A stretch of 42,327 nt of DNA from positions 1 to 42,327 of the IMG/VR virus record IMGVR_UViG_3300032216_001508; one strand, written 5' to 3'. A model generated the notes under the pieces. That model did no database searches. It had not been told where the DNA came from and saw nothing but the letters and a program-made list of their open reading frames with translations. Positions 1 through 8,616 of the stretch are shown in pieces. Source of the stretch: a virus. Its lineage: Duplodnaviria > Caudoviricetes. A program made the position numbers and the translations under genes. Every line of letters starts with the position of its first letter. The first letter of the stretch is position 1.

Positions 1-33
<33 letters not shown>

Positions 34-38
34 CCTTC

Positions 39-265
39 CTATCGCGCGCAGTGGGCGTCGGCCATGCAGGTTTCAAAGTTTTTTCTGTGGACGCTTTTTA
101 TTTATGAGAATCTTCGCGCAGTTTCGGCGGATTGAGTTTCTATCGCGCGTTGTGGGCCTCGCGCTTGCAGGTTTCAAAGTTTTTTGCGTGAGTGCTTTTT
201 ATCTATCGCGCATTACACCCCTCGCCCTTGCAGGTTTCAAAGTTTTTTGCGTGAGTGCTTTTTAT
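39..265. repeat. Three degenerate copies of the cassette-boundary element with no gene between them
   Basis: TTGCAGGTTTCAAAGTTTTTTGCGTGAGTGCTTTTTAT is identical at 165-202 and 228-265 (63-bp period), with a degenerate copy at ~65-102. Each is preceded by a CTATCGCGC half-site. Confidence 0.9.
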
Positions 266-332
266 TTCTCGCGCGGGCCCGGGGAGAGCCGGGACTGGGG
301 CAGGTAAGGCCACCCCAGCCCCAGGCGATTAC

Positions 333-587
333 TTAGCCCTCAATGGGGGCTAGAAGGTCTTGTATGCCCTTGCGTACGTATGTCATCTGCCTAGAGGTAG
401 TCTGGCTGTACTTGTTCTCATTTATCCAGTATGCCCCGGCGTTGATGTCAATTTCAGCCATTTTAGTCCAGTACGAGTAAATCTCATAACGCCCCGCAAC
501 AATTTCGCCCCTGAGGTTAGACCCCTGAAACTCTTTTAGTGTTGCTATGTATTCTGCGCATTTGTTGTTTGCAATTCGCTTAGCCAT
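333..587 (-). CDS. Small phage early protein (KYSxTTS motif), 84 aa
   Basis: ORF with AGGAGAG RBS and its own cassette promoter. Confidence 0.8.
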   Translation of the reverse strand: MAKRIANNKCAEYIATLKEFQGSNLRGEIVAGRYEIYSYWTKMAEIDINAGAYWINENKYSQTTSRQMTYVRKGIQDLLAPIEG

Positions 588-677
588 TTTGAAACTCTCC
601 TAAATCTTGGTAGCAGGCGTTTCCCACTAACAACAGATTACCACAGTGCCTATCGCGCGTGCGCGATTAGGGGGGTT

Positions 678-792
678 TAAGGATTTCAGGGTTTTGACGC
701 TTACAACCGCCTGCCCTGAAATCCACCCGGGGTTATCCTGACCCCACCAGCAATACGGTTTGCCCTACTTACTTCGGTCTGCCGTATCTATA
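678..792 (-). ncRNA. Putative small structured RNA expressed from a cassette promoter
   Basis: Full promoter (812-827 plus TACACT), no RBS or ORF; stems at 753-758/782-787 and 681-691/714-724. Confidence 0.45.
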
Positions 793-876
793 ACCAGTGT
801 ACCATAGTCCCTATCGCGCGCGCGATAATGACCCGCTCGCAGTTTTCAGGTTTTTCTGCGAGGGGCATTTTTATAC

Positions 877-1029
877 CTATGCCCTTTCCACCACGAATAC
901 ATCAGAGCCGTTTCCTGCTTCTCGCCAGTCCATCATCTTGTAGATGAACTTGATGCCCTGCTTAGTGTTTGCTGAATCTACTTCCCACTGGAACTTTTCC
1001 CCAGTCCTTGTATTCCGTAACTGCCACAT
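877..1029 (-). CDS. Hypothetical micro-protein, 50 aa (MWQLRNTRTGEKF...), not in ORF track
   Basis: Manual translation; AGGAGAG RBS; fills its cassette. Confidence 0.8.
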   Translation of the reverse strand: MWQLRNTRTGEKFQWEVDSANTKQGIKFIYKMMDWREAGNGSDVFVVERA

Positions 1030-1181
1030 AATGCTCTCCTGTCTTTGGGGCTTTTCCCCGACATAAAAAGATTACCACGCTGCCTATCGCGCGCGCGATA
1101 ATTGACTGCCGCGAGGTTTCAAATAATCGCGCGTGTAACCTCAATAATCCGAGGTTTCAATGTTTTTTGCGAGGGAGGTTT

Positions 1182-1394
1182 TTATACCTCGGCTACCTCG
1201 AACTGTGCAACCTTCTGAGCCTGAACCTTCTTGGATAGTTCACTGTAACTCTTAGCCAGTCGGTCTTGTGAGTCAATGCCTTCCTTTAGGTACTCAATGG
1301 CAAACACTACTCCCCTTGATGAAAGTGCTGTGCTAATCATTCTGGCTTCATCTCGTGAAACCTGAATAGTTACTAGGTCTAATTCCTTTTGCAT
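1182..1394 (-). CDS. Hypothetical protein, 70 aa (MQKELDL...)
   Basis: AGGAGAG RBS before ATG 1394; cassette promoter. Confidence 0.8.
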   Translation of the reverse strand: MQKELDLVTIQVSRDEARMISTALSSRGVVFAIEYLKEGIDSQDRLAKSYSELSKKVQAQKVAQFEVAEV

Positions 1395-1555
1395 ACTGCT
1401 CTCCTGTTCTTGTGGGGCTTTTCCCACTACCAATACGATACCACATCTCGTATCGCGCGTGCGCGATAACCAGAGGCGGCGGATTTCAAATTATCGCGCA
1501 CATAACCCAGAAACTCCTGGGTTTTTAATGTTTTTTCTGTGAGGACTAACTATCT

Positions 1556-1684
1556 CTAGTGTCCTACGTAGTTCCTCATCTGCTCGGCGTAGTCTTTCCA
1601 GCCAAGTGCCTGTGCTTCACACTCTGCACACTGTCCTTCGTCATGGGTGTTGCCATTGAAACAGAATACGACTTCTTCTTCCAT
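1556..1684 (-). CDS. Hypothetical acidic micro-protein, 42 aa (MEEEVVFCFNG...; CxxC)
   Basis: Manual translation; AGGAGAG RBS. Confidence 0.75.
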   Translation of the reverse strand: MEEEVVFCFNGNTHDEGQCAECEAQALGWKDYAEQMRNYVGH

Positions 1685-1834
1685 ACTGCTCTCCTTAGTC
1701 TTGGTGTCTTAGTCCGGGGGTTTCCCCCCGAACTAAAACTTGTTTCACTTCAGGGTTTCTCTCCCTCTTGTGTAATACCAGTGTATCACTTGGTGTATCG
1801 CGCGCGCGATGATAACCCCTTTCGGGGATTTCAA

Positions 1835-1981
1835 TTATTGTGCCAATAGAACTTTCTCATACAGTTGGTCAAGCACTGCTCTTTGCGTTGGTGTCATCTC
1901 TGTCAGTCCACCAATGTAGTTGCTTCTTATGCTGTCCATGTAATCAAACAGTGCCTTCTGTGCTCTTTCGAGTTCAGTCAT
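1835..1981 (-). CDS. Hypothetical helical micro-protein, 48 aa (MTELERAQK...)
   Basis: Manual translation; AGGAG RBS; overlaps the end of the upstream gene. Confidence 0.7.
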   Translation of the reverse strand: MTELERAQKALFDYMDSIRSNYIGGLTEMTPTQRAVLDQLYEKVLLAQ

Positions 1982-2114
1982 CACTTTCTCCTACCCATGA
2001 CTCAAGCCATACAATGAGTTCGCCTATGCGCTTCTTGGCTTCCTCTGGCTTGCTTGTGTCTATCTGTGCTAGGTATTCTCTAGCCTTAGTGACTACGTTG
2101 GTCAGTTCTTCCAT
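1974..2114 (-). CDS. Hypothetical micro-protein, 46 aa (MEELTNVV...)
   Basis: Manual translation; TAATG stop/start coupling. Confidence 0.7.
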   Translation of the reverse strand: MEELTNVVTKAREYLAQIDTSKPEEAKKRIGELIVWLESWVGESDD

Positions 2115-2314
2115 TACCTTGCCTTCCAAGTCAAGATACCATGCTTAGCCGTCTGCATAGCGTGTTGTGCTACTTGCATAGCGTGGTCGCAGGCTTGTAC
2201 TCCGTACTGCTTCACACACTCTTTTCCCCCGACCGCAAAATTGTGAACCGCCTGTGCGTAGGTCAAACTGCATGAGTAGTAGAGGTGTGCGTGGTGACAG
2301 ATGTGGTCTCTCAT
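2114..2314 (-). CDS. Hypothetical His/Cys-rich protein, 66 aa
   Basis: ORF; TAATG coupling at both ends. Confidence 0.7.
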   Translation of the reverse strand: MRDHICHHAHLYYSCSLTYAQAVHNFAVGGKECVKQYGVQACDHAMQVAQHAMQTAKHGILTWKAR

Positions 2315-2535
2315 TACTTACGACCTCGCATTACAATCGTGTAGCCCAAGTTGATACCAGCCAAGAAACCGATAACACTAGGGATAATGCTTTCGACCCA
2401 TTGACGGACAACCGAGATGTCATTGAATGGGATAAGGCTCTGTGTCCAAAAGAATACAATCATTCCGCTTAGAACTCCCAGTGTCCAAACAAAATAGCGT
2501 TCGGCTGGTGTTCCCTTGTTGCTTCGTCTGCTCAT
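2314..2535 (-). CDS. Small membrane protein (two hydrophobic segments), 73 aa
   Basis: ORF, RBS, hydrophobic stretches. Confidence 0.75.
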   Translation of the reverse strand: MSRRSNKGTPAERYFVWTLGVLSGMIVFFWTQSLIPFNDISVVRQWVESIIPSVIGFLAGINLGYTIVMRGRK

Positions 2536-2797
2536 ACTGCTCTCCTTACTAAGTGGCTTGTTCCACTACTTCAAGTGTACACGACGCCTATCGCGCATGC
2601 GCGATGTATGTCAATCCTAGATTTCAAAATATCGCGCGTAATACCCCGTCACCCCCAGGGTTTGATTTTTTTTGTGTGGGGGCTTTTTATCTTTGATGAG
2701 AGCCACCTACGATTCGATTCTCGCCACTCAAATAAGAAAGTAATACCCTGGTATCCCCCCAAACCCGCAATACGCATCGCGCGGGGGGAGAGCGGGA

Positions 2798-2819
2798 GTC
2801 GGTGGGTAAGGCCACCGAC
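2798..2819 (-). terminator. GC-rich hairpin downstream of the DUF3846 gene
   Basis: GTCGGTGG-gtaagg-CCACCGAC; related hairpin at 295-318. Confidence 0.5.
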
Positions 2820-2835
2820 CCCCATGGGGTAAAAC

Positions 2836-3162
2836 TTATGCTGGCTGGTATTCGAGTAAGTACTTAACTTGCTCTTCAGATAGTCCGAGAGTGTTGCCCT
2901 CGTCATCTGTGCCACTGGTGAATACTGCGTTACCAACAATGATGTCAGTCTCGCCGTAAATGTCTTCCCATAGCCCTGTGGCTGTGGTGTTGAAAGGCAG
3001 GCTTTCCAACTTGCCTTCCTCGTTGCACCAGAGGTCTAGTTCTCCGAGTGGCACACACTGAACCCACCCTTCGACCGCTTCTTTGATTGTCTCGTAGCAG
3101 GTCTCGTTGGTGAACTCCACGACCTCTTTAAGGCCGTTTGTCTTGATGATGACCGCCTTCAT
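2836..3162 (-). CDS. DUF3846-like protein
   Basis: Pattern IKEAVEGWVQ...LWCNEEGKL..LP.N..AT...DIIVG. Confidence 0.8.
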   Translation of the reverse strand: MKAVIIKTNGLKEVVEFTNETCYETIKEAVEGWVQCVPLGELDLWCNEEGKLESLPFNTTATGLWEDIYGETDIIVGNAVFTSGTDDEGNTLGLSEEQVKYLLEYQPA

Positions 3163-3344
3163 TAGCGAACCACCGTAACTGTGTTTCCACGACGCTCAGG
3201 AACGTAGGTTGTCCAACGTAACTTGAGGTTGCTGGTGAGTAGTAGCAGGCGTGCTGTGCCAGTTGGGTTGACCTCAACTTTGATAATACGACCTGTAACT
3301 CCTGACTTCTGTGTTGTGTACTTCTGACCGACTTTGACTGTCAT
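3162..3344 (-). CDS. Small basic beta-rich protein, 60 aa (MTVKVGQKY...)
   Basis: AAAGGA RBS; cassette promoter. Confidence 0.75.
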   Translation of the reverse strand: MTVKVGQKYTTQKSGVTGRIIKVEVNPTGTARLLLLTSNLKLRWTTYVPERRGNTVTVVR

Positions 3345-3458
3345 GTCATTCCTTTCTCTCCGTACCGCTTGTCGGTACATAACCAGTGTATCATTGTGGC
3401 ATCGCGCGTGCGCGATATAACGGCAGCAGGATTTCTAAGAAACCCTGCCACCAGATTT

Positions 3459-3677
3459 TTACGCCTTGGCCAGTTGCTTTAACTTCTCGGCTCCGGTGAA
3501 GTACGCTTGGAGTGCTTCGTGAAGAAACATCTCCAACTGGTCACCGTCTCGGAAAAACATTGTAATTCCGTCTAGACGTAATACGACTGTGTCCTGCTTG
3601 TTGTCGTATAGAAAGTGAACTGCCTCAAACAACTTGTCGCCTTCTTTGACGTCTACATCAGTAGTAATTGTGGCCAC
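3459..3677 (-). CDS. Hypothetical protein, 72 aa
   Basis: ORF with AGGAGAG RBS, GTG start. Confidence 0.8.
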   Translation of the reverse strand: MATITTDVDVKEGDKLFEAVHFLYDNKQDTVVLRLDGITMFFRDGDQLEMFLHEALQAYFTGAEKLKQLAKA

Positions 3678-3839
3678 TGTGCTCTCCTCTGTTCTGTACT
3701 GCTTGGTGGCATTTCCACCTATAAATAATTTACCATAGTTGCTATCGCGCGCGCGATGTAATCGGCGGCCGGGGATTCTAAAAAACTATCGCGCGTGTAA
3801 CCCGTTGACTTCCGGGTTTTAATGTTTTGTCTGTGGCGA

Positions 3840-4721
3840 CTATTTATTTTCTTTGCCGAGAATGTAATCGCTGGCACTCTGCGCTCTGGCCACTGCCTTC
3901 ACCAACATCTTTGGTTCATTCTTGAGTGCCTTAAGCCAACTGGCAATGTAACTGGCCGAGTTGTCAATTGTGCTGGGGGCGATACCAGTCTCTGACGATA
4001 AGAACGCACTGGTGAACTCTGCGACTAATTCCTCTTCACTGTAGAGTTCACTGCCGAAGTAGTGGTTCTCAATTACGCCTTCACGATTGAGACGCTTCTC
4101 GTGTCCTGTGCTGTGACCCATCTCGTGGAATAGGGTTGCATAGAACGCTTCGTCACTAGTGAATGTCTCTGGCGTTGGAACCGTAATTCTGTCCTTGCTG
4201 GGTGAGTAGAACGCTCTATCTCCTGCATAGGTGATTGTGAGGTCTTGCTCTCGCTTGTAGTATCCGTCTACGACCTTCTGTGCCGATAGAATGACTTCTG
4301 CGTGTGCTCTGGCCTTAGGCTTCTCGTACGCTGGTGCTTCGGTTTCCCATTCGACCTGCTCTGCATTGAATACGGTGAAGTAGGTGACGATTACTGCCTT
4401 GCGTTCGACTTCTGTCTCTCCTTCGGTGACCTTGGTGTCAATGGACTTGTACAGAACTACTGGTGAACCCTTTTCGCCTTTGCGGACACTGCCACCCATG
4501 GCTTTGACCTGCTTGAACGTTCCCCACCATGGTGACTCGAACTCTTTGGCCATAGCGGTGAATGAGAGTAGCCAGTGATTAATCCCGGTGTATGGCTTCT
4601 TGGTACTGAGTGACCTTGGTACGTATCCGCTGGACACCCACTCTTTTCTCCAAGGTGCTGTGCCCTGTTCTAGTTGGTCAATGATTGTCTGTGCTACTAC
4701 TGCGTATGCATTGGTTGTCAT
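3840..4721 (-). CDS. ardC: ArdC-family antirestriction protein (ssDNA-binding domain plus zincin-like domain)
   Basis: PW..W...P.S..T.KPYTGIN, WGTFKQ...GG.VRKGEKG, HEMGH, YS.EELVAE motifs. Confidence 0.9.
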   Translation of the reverse strand: MTTNAYAVVAQTIIDQLEQGTAPWRKEWVSSGYVPRSLSTKKPYTGINHWLLSFTAMAKEFESPWWGTFKQVKAMGGSVRKGEKGSPVVLYKSIDTKVTEGETEVERKAVIVTYFTVFNAEQVEWETEAPAYEKPKARAHAEVILSAQKVVDGYYKREQDLTITYAGDRAFYSPSKDRITVPTPETFTSDEAFYATLFHEMGHSTGHEKRLNREGVIENHYFGSELYSEEELVAEFTSAFLSSETGIAPSTIDNSASYIASWLKALKNEPKMLVKAVARAQSASDYILGKENK

Positions 4722-4825
4722 GTGCTCTCCTTCGGCTTGTCCGATACCATCAGTATAGCAGGGCTGCCTATCGCGCGCGCGATGTATGCGCAGCAGAGGG
4801 TTTTAATTTTTCTGCTGGGCGTGGA

Positions 4826-5227
4826 TTACCACCAACTGTCGTAATAGATTTCCATGTCTTGGGCAATAGCCTTCATAGCCTTGTCTATGAACTCCAGTGT
4901 TTCGGTGTCGTGGTCAGGGTCGCTTGTTCCAAAGAAGAAACCAACGGTCTGTGGAAGTCTGTTGTTCATCACTGCCTGCTTCAAGTCTTTGAGGTCTTGA
5001 AAGGTTAGACGTACTGGCGAGCAGTTAAATGTTCCTTCCCCGCCCTTTTTTTCGTACAGTGCTTCCATGTATCCCTGAAGGTTGGCATGCTTACGCCATT
5101 GAGCAAGCATAAACATACTTTGCTTATGTTCATCTTGATTAATTTTCTCAGAGTCATTCCAGTAGATGTAGAGGTCTGTGTTCTGTGGGTGAGGCATTAC
5201 TGCGTATGCGTATTGGTCGAGACCCAT
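4826..5227 (-). CDS. Phage hypothetical protein (MGLDQYA...WRKH..L.G.M...YYDSWW)
   Basis: ORF, RBS; pattern recalled from other phage proteins, function unknown. Confidence 0.8.
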   Translation of the reverse strand: MGLDQYAYAVMPHPQNTDLYIYWNDSEKINQDEHKQSMFMLAQWRKHANLQGYMEALYEKKGGEGTFNCSPVRLTFQDLKDLKQAVMNNRLPQTVGFFFGTSDPDHDTETLEFIDKAMKAIAQDMEIYYDSWW

Positions 5228-5389
5228 GTTTTCTCCTTGTTGCTGTGGCTTGTTCCACTACAAACACTTTACCACGCCGCCTATCGCGCGTGCGCGATGT
5301 TGCGGCCCAGAAGAATTAAAAAAGTTATCGCGCATGGCAGCCGCATCAGCCGCAGTTTTCATAGTTTTCTGCGTGAGGGCTTTTTATCT

Positions 5390-5923
5390 TTACAAGTGAG
5401 TGAAGTAACCAGTGAGGTCTGCTTCGATGACGGTCTGCTCGTTAGCCAGTTGTATGTCATCTTCCAGCAGTCGTGTTGTATCAACCACGTACTCATTTTC
5501 GTTTCGGCGGTCAAACTTACCCAGTACCAAGATACTTGGGATAGTTATCTCATAGACGTTGCTAGGCCACATGGTCTTGAACCGACCAGCGAACCACTTG
5601 GCTTTGCTGTAACTGCTAGTCCAAGACATACCTTCTTTGTGGTCATCAGCACAACCACGATAGAGAGTAATGAACTCTGACAGTGTGTCGTAACTAATCA
5701 ACTCACCCTCGTCACCAAGAATGAACTGGCAGTCCGTTGCCTTGTCAAAGAGTATCTGCCATACCTCGTTGTCGGCTTGGAACGCAGGCCATTCACACAT
5801 TGTCCAAGAGTCTGCTAAGCCTTTAGCAATCTCGGCTTGGTCTAATTGACCTATGTTATTTACAAGCACCCTAAGCATGTCATTACGACCTACCCTTGCA
5901 CTTACCTCTGCCCACGTAGCCAT
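5390..5923 (-). CDS. Putative R-S-E type ADP-ribosyltransferase-fold protein
   Basis: TLYRG, SWTSS and ENEYVV in canonical order. Confidence 0.5.
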   Translation of the reverse strand: MATWAEVSARVGRNDMLRVLVNNIGQLDQAEIAKGLADSWTMCEWPAFQADNEVWQILFDKATDCQFILGDEGELISYDTLSEFITLYRGCADDHKEGMSWTSSYSKAKWFAGRFKTMWPSNVYEITIPSILVLGKFDRRNENEYVVDTTRLLEDDIQLANEQTVIEADLTGYFTHL

Positions 5924-6102
5924 TAGAAGCCCGCCGATGTCATGGCTTGGATAAGTGTCTCGATGTCGTCATTCAACATCTCTGTCATTGTGTGACCTAT
6001 GCAGTTGTTACGGCGTTCAACAAGGTCATCTATGGCTTTCAAGAAGTCAGCCTTAGTCCACTTGCTTACATCTACCCACTCTTTAATAAATCCTGTACGC
6101 AT
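5923..6102 (-). CDS. Hypothetical protein, 59 aa (MRTGFIKE...)
   Basis: GGGAG RBS; coupled to the downstream gene. Confidence 0.75.
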   Translation of the reverse strand: MRTGFIKEWVDVSKWTKADFLKAIDDLVERRNNCIGHTMTEMLNDDIETLIQAMTSAGF

Positions 6103-6188
6103 GTTCTCCCCTTTTCGTTGTGGCTTATCCACTACCAATACATTACCACACTGCACATCGCGCGTGCGCGATACAACCCTTTCGGGTT

Positions 6189-6383
6189 TTAGTTAATTTT
6201 GTTATAGCAAAGATTACACTCAACAGTTTCTTCACCGCCACCGCCTAGCCATGAGCAAGCGATAGAGTTCATTACTTCTTTAGCCATTTTGCCAAAGTGT
6301 CTAATGAAACAAGTAGGGCAGTAAAGAATTGGTGTTCCGTGTGCTGCGGTTTCGTACACCGCAAATCCAGTTACCCTAGTCAT
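6189..6383 (-). CDS. Small putative Zn-binding protein (CPTC...CNLC), 64 aa
   Basis: ORF; two CxxC motifs. Confidence 0.7.
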   Translation of the reverse strand: MTRVTGFAVYETAAHGTPILYCPTCFIRHFGKMAKEVMNSIACSWLGGGGEETVECNLCYNKIN

Positions 6384-6516
6384 AATACCCAAACTCTTGA
6401 AACACTGCTGTACGAGCGTAGTCAAGTTGTCTGTTTAGTTCAGCAATCTCCTCATCAGTCAAGTTGTTGTCAGTGTCAAACCACTCAACTAATTTCTCTC
6501 TAGTTACTAACTCCAT
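6376..6516 (-). CDS. Acidic micro-protein, 46 aa (MELVTREKL...)
   Basis: Manual translation; TAATG coupling. Confidence 0.7.
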   Translation of the reverse strand: MELVTREKLVEWFDTDNNLTDEEIAELNRQLDYARTAVFQEFGYYD

Positions 6517-6842
6517 TAGAACTCACCTTCAATCTTCTCAAGTATCTCACTAAGGTCGGACTTCTTTGCCCGGCGTTCTAGTTCTGCCATCTGCTCCGGT
6601 GTCATGGCTTCTAACTTCTCCATGCCGTCTTGAACGACTTCTTGCAAGCCTTGTGAATACTCAAGGAACTTGCCAACTAGTTTTTTGTACTTCTCACTAA
6701 TGAATTGCAGTTCAAGGTCATTGACATCTTCTTGCCAAGACTCATAGACACTGCCAGCCATGTTCCAAACTGCACAGGCAACCATTTCCATTTCTTCTTG
6801 GTCGAAAGTTGGTCCTGCAACGAGTTCCGGTTCTTCTGCCAT
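6516..6842 (-). CDS. Highly acidic helical protein, 108 aa
   Basis: GGGAG RBS before MAEEPEL. Confidence 0.8.
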   Translation of the reverse strand: MAEEPELVAGPTFDQEEMEMVACAVWNMAGSVYESWQEDVNDLELQFISEKYKKLVGKFLEYSQGLQEVVQDGMEKLEAMTPEQMAELERRAKKSDLSEILEKIEGEF

Positions 6843-6980
6843 ACTGCTCCCTTTTACTTTTACTTCCACCGGCTTATCCGGCTACCACCAGTGTACCAAA
6901 TCGGCTATCGCGCACGCGCGCGATGGCGGGTTTGCGGTTTTTATAGTTTTTTGTGTGGCGACTTTTTATCTTTAATAGAC

Positions 6981-7023
6981 ACCACCGGTCAGCGTTCGGG
7001 GGGAATTGAACGCCGACCAGTGG
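6981..7023 (-). terminator. Long hairpin after the VWA gene
   Basis: ACCACcGGTCaGCGTTC...GAACGCcGACCaGTGGT. Confidence 0.5.
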
Positions 7024-7048
7024 TAGGCAAGGGGTTAGCCTTTACTGT

Positions 7049-8464
7049 CTAAACTCTTTCCAACTTTCCTTGCGTACCGCCTTGTGCCTTAGTCAGATAG
7101 ATACCTACGAACCCTCTGACCTTGCTCTTGCTCGCTCTCGGTGCTTTCAACATCTCCACCGCTTCGTCAGTGTCGGGGGTGACTAGAACCTTGTGCTTCT
7201 TAATCAACTTGGCACAGGCTTCTGCACCGGCTTCGTACACTTGGTCACCGCTACCAGTAACCATTCCGTCAGTGACCCAAATAACCGGCTCTGAACCTCT
7301 ACGCTTGCCAATAGCCCAGTCAAGTGCCGGGCCATCTACGCCGTTGCCATAGCCGTATGGAATACCATTAAGGCTACTAACACGCTTACCTCGGTCTGCA
7401 AGTATCCAAGCATTAGGGTGCTTTGACTTACTACGATTAGCCGAGTAGCCCATAATCAACGCACCGGGGGCAGTGTCTACCATTTTCTCTATCTGTTCGA
7501 TAGATAGACTCATAGAACCCGATAGGTCAAGCAACACAATACCGCCACTGTTGCGTGGCTTCTGACTAAAGATACGCTTTTCGGGGTCGGTCAGTAGTCG
7601 GCTAGGGTAGGCAATTCGCTTGCCGATAGGACTAGCCTTCTTACGTCTAGCCAAGTGACCCTTGACCTGCTTATCCAACTTAACCACGTTACTGATAATC
7701 AACTTTGCCCAAGCGTTGTTGCCGGTAGGCATGTCGATACCACTGTTATTGAAGTCGGGTGTACTACCACTGTTTTGCTTTAGGTAGCCACTGATAATTC
7801 CGGCTATGTTGCCGGTGTAACTAGAGAAACCGTATGGCAACTGTCCTACTGTGTTGCCATTGTCGTCTTGGATAGACTGCGCACTGGCGTATGCCAAGTT
7901 GTTTGCACTGTTGCTCCTAATGACCTTAGTGACTTCCTTCTCCATCTCACGTAGGTCAGTAGCCCATTCCTTATTGACACCACGAACGCCGGTAATGAAC
8001 TGACGGAACGCCTTAGTACCGATTAACGCTCCACCGCCTTTAATCATCATGTCATAGGCTTTCTCTGAACCTTCTTTTGCCAGTCGCTTGCCAGTCTCCT
8101 TCTCACTGCCGTCAAGCAGTAGGTCGGTGTTGTAGCCCAACTTCTTAGAGACTGCATTGACACGCACCTCTTCGGCACTCATAATCACGTCAGCGTCAAG
8201 CCCATTGTTTTCAGCCCATGCTTGAACTGCCACTGGGTCTATTGGACTAATCTTGGCGTGGATAAGTTCGTGAGTACGAACCGCTTGTGCCACGTCATCA
8301 TTTATCAGTGGAACTTGAATGTGCTTATCGGTGAAGTTAGTCCAAGCCTGACCTCGCTCCGTAAATCCTTCTGTGACTGTCCAGCGTTCGCTGTTACCGT
8401 CAGGTCGGCTACCTACGATAATTTCAGGATAGACGACTACTTCTGCCTTCTTAGCCTTAGCCAT
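7049..8464 (-). CDS. HExxH metallopeptidase-like plus VWA domain protein, 471 aa
   Basis: HELIH; DLSGSM MIDAS motif; VIWVTDG. Confidence 0.75.
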   Translation of the reverse strand: MAKAKKAEVVVYPEIIVGSRPDGNSERWTVTEGFTERGQAWTNFTDKHIQVPLINDDVAQAVRTHELIHAKISPIDPVAVQAWAENNGLDADVIMSAEEVRVNAVSKKLGYNTDLLLDGSEKETGKRLAKEGSEKAYDMMIKGGGALIGTKAFRQFITGVRGVNKEWATDLREMEKEVTKVIRSNSANNLAYASAQSIQDDNGNTVGQLPYGFSSYTGNIAGIISGYLKQNSGSTPDFNNSGIDMPTGNNAWAKLIISNVVKLDKQVKGHLARRKKASPIGKRIAYPSRLLTDPEKRIFSQKPRNSGGIVLLDLSGSMSLSIEQIEKMVDTAPGALIMGYSANRSKSKHPNAWILADRGKRVSSLNGIPYGYGNGVDGPALDWAIGKRRGSEPVIWVTDGMVTGSGDQVYEAGAEACAKLIKKHKVLVTPDTDEAVEMLKAPRASKSKVRGFVGIYLTKAQGGTQGKLERV

Positions 8465-8616
8465 TGTAAAACCCCTTTTACTATTGCAGTACGCTTGTCG
8501 TACTACTGAATAAATACTACCACAACGGGCTATCGCGCGCGCGATATGACCTTCCTTAAAAAATCTAAGGAAAGCATGGGGGCAGAGAATTAACCCTGCC
8601 CCCACTAGGGTAAAAC

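Noticed and set aside
104-307. 67-aa plus-strand ORF with an internal repeat
   Set aside because: It is a translation of the non-coding tandem boundary repeat and has no RBS.
962-1144. Track ORF 962-1144, and N-terminal extensions of ORFs ending at 1433, 3380, 6156, 6869, 8605 and 10156
   Set aside because: They run through promoter or leader elements; downstream starts with proper RBSs fit better.
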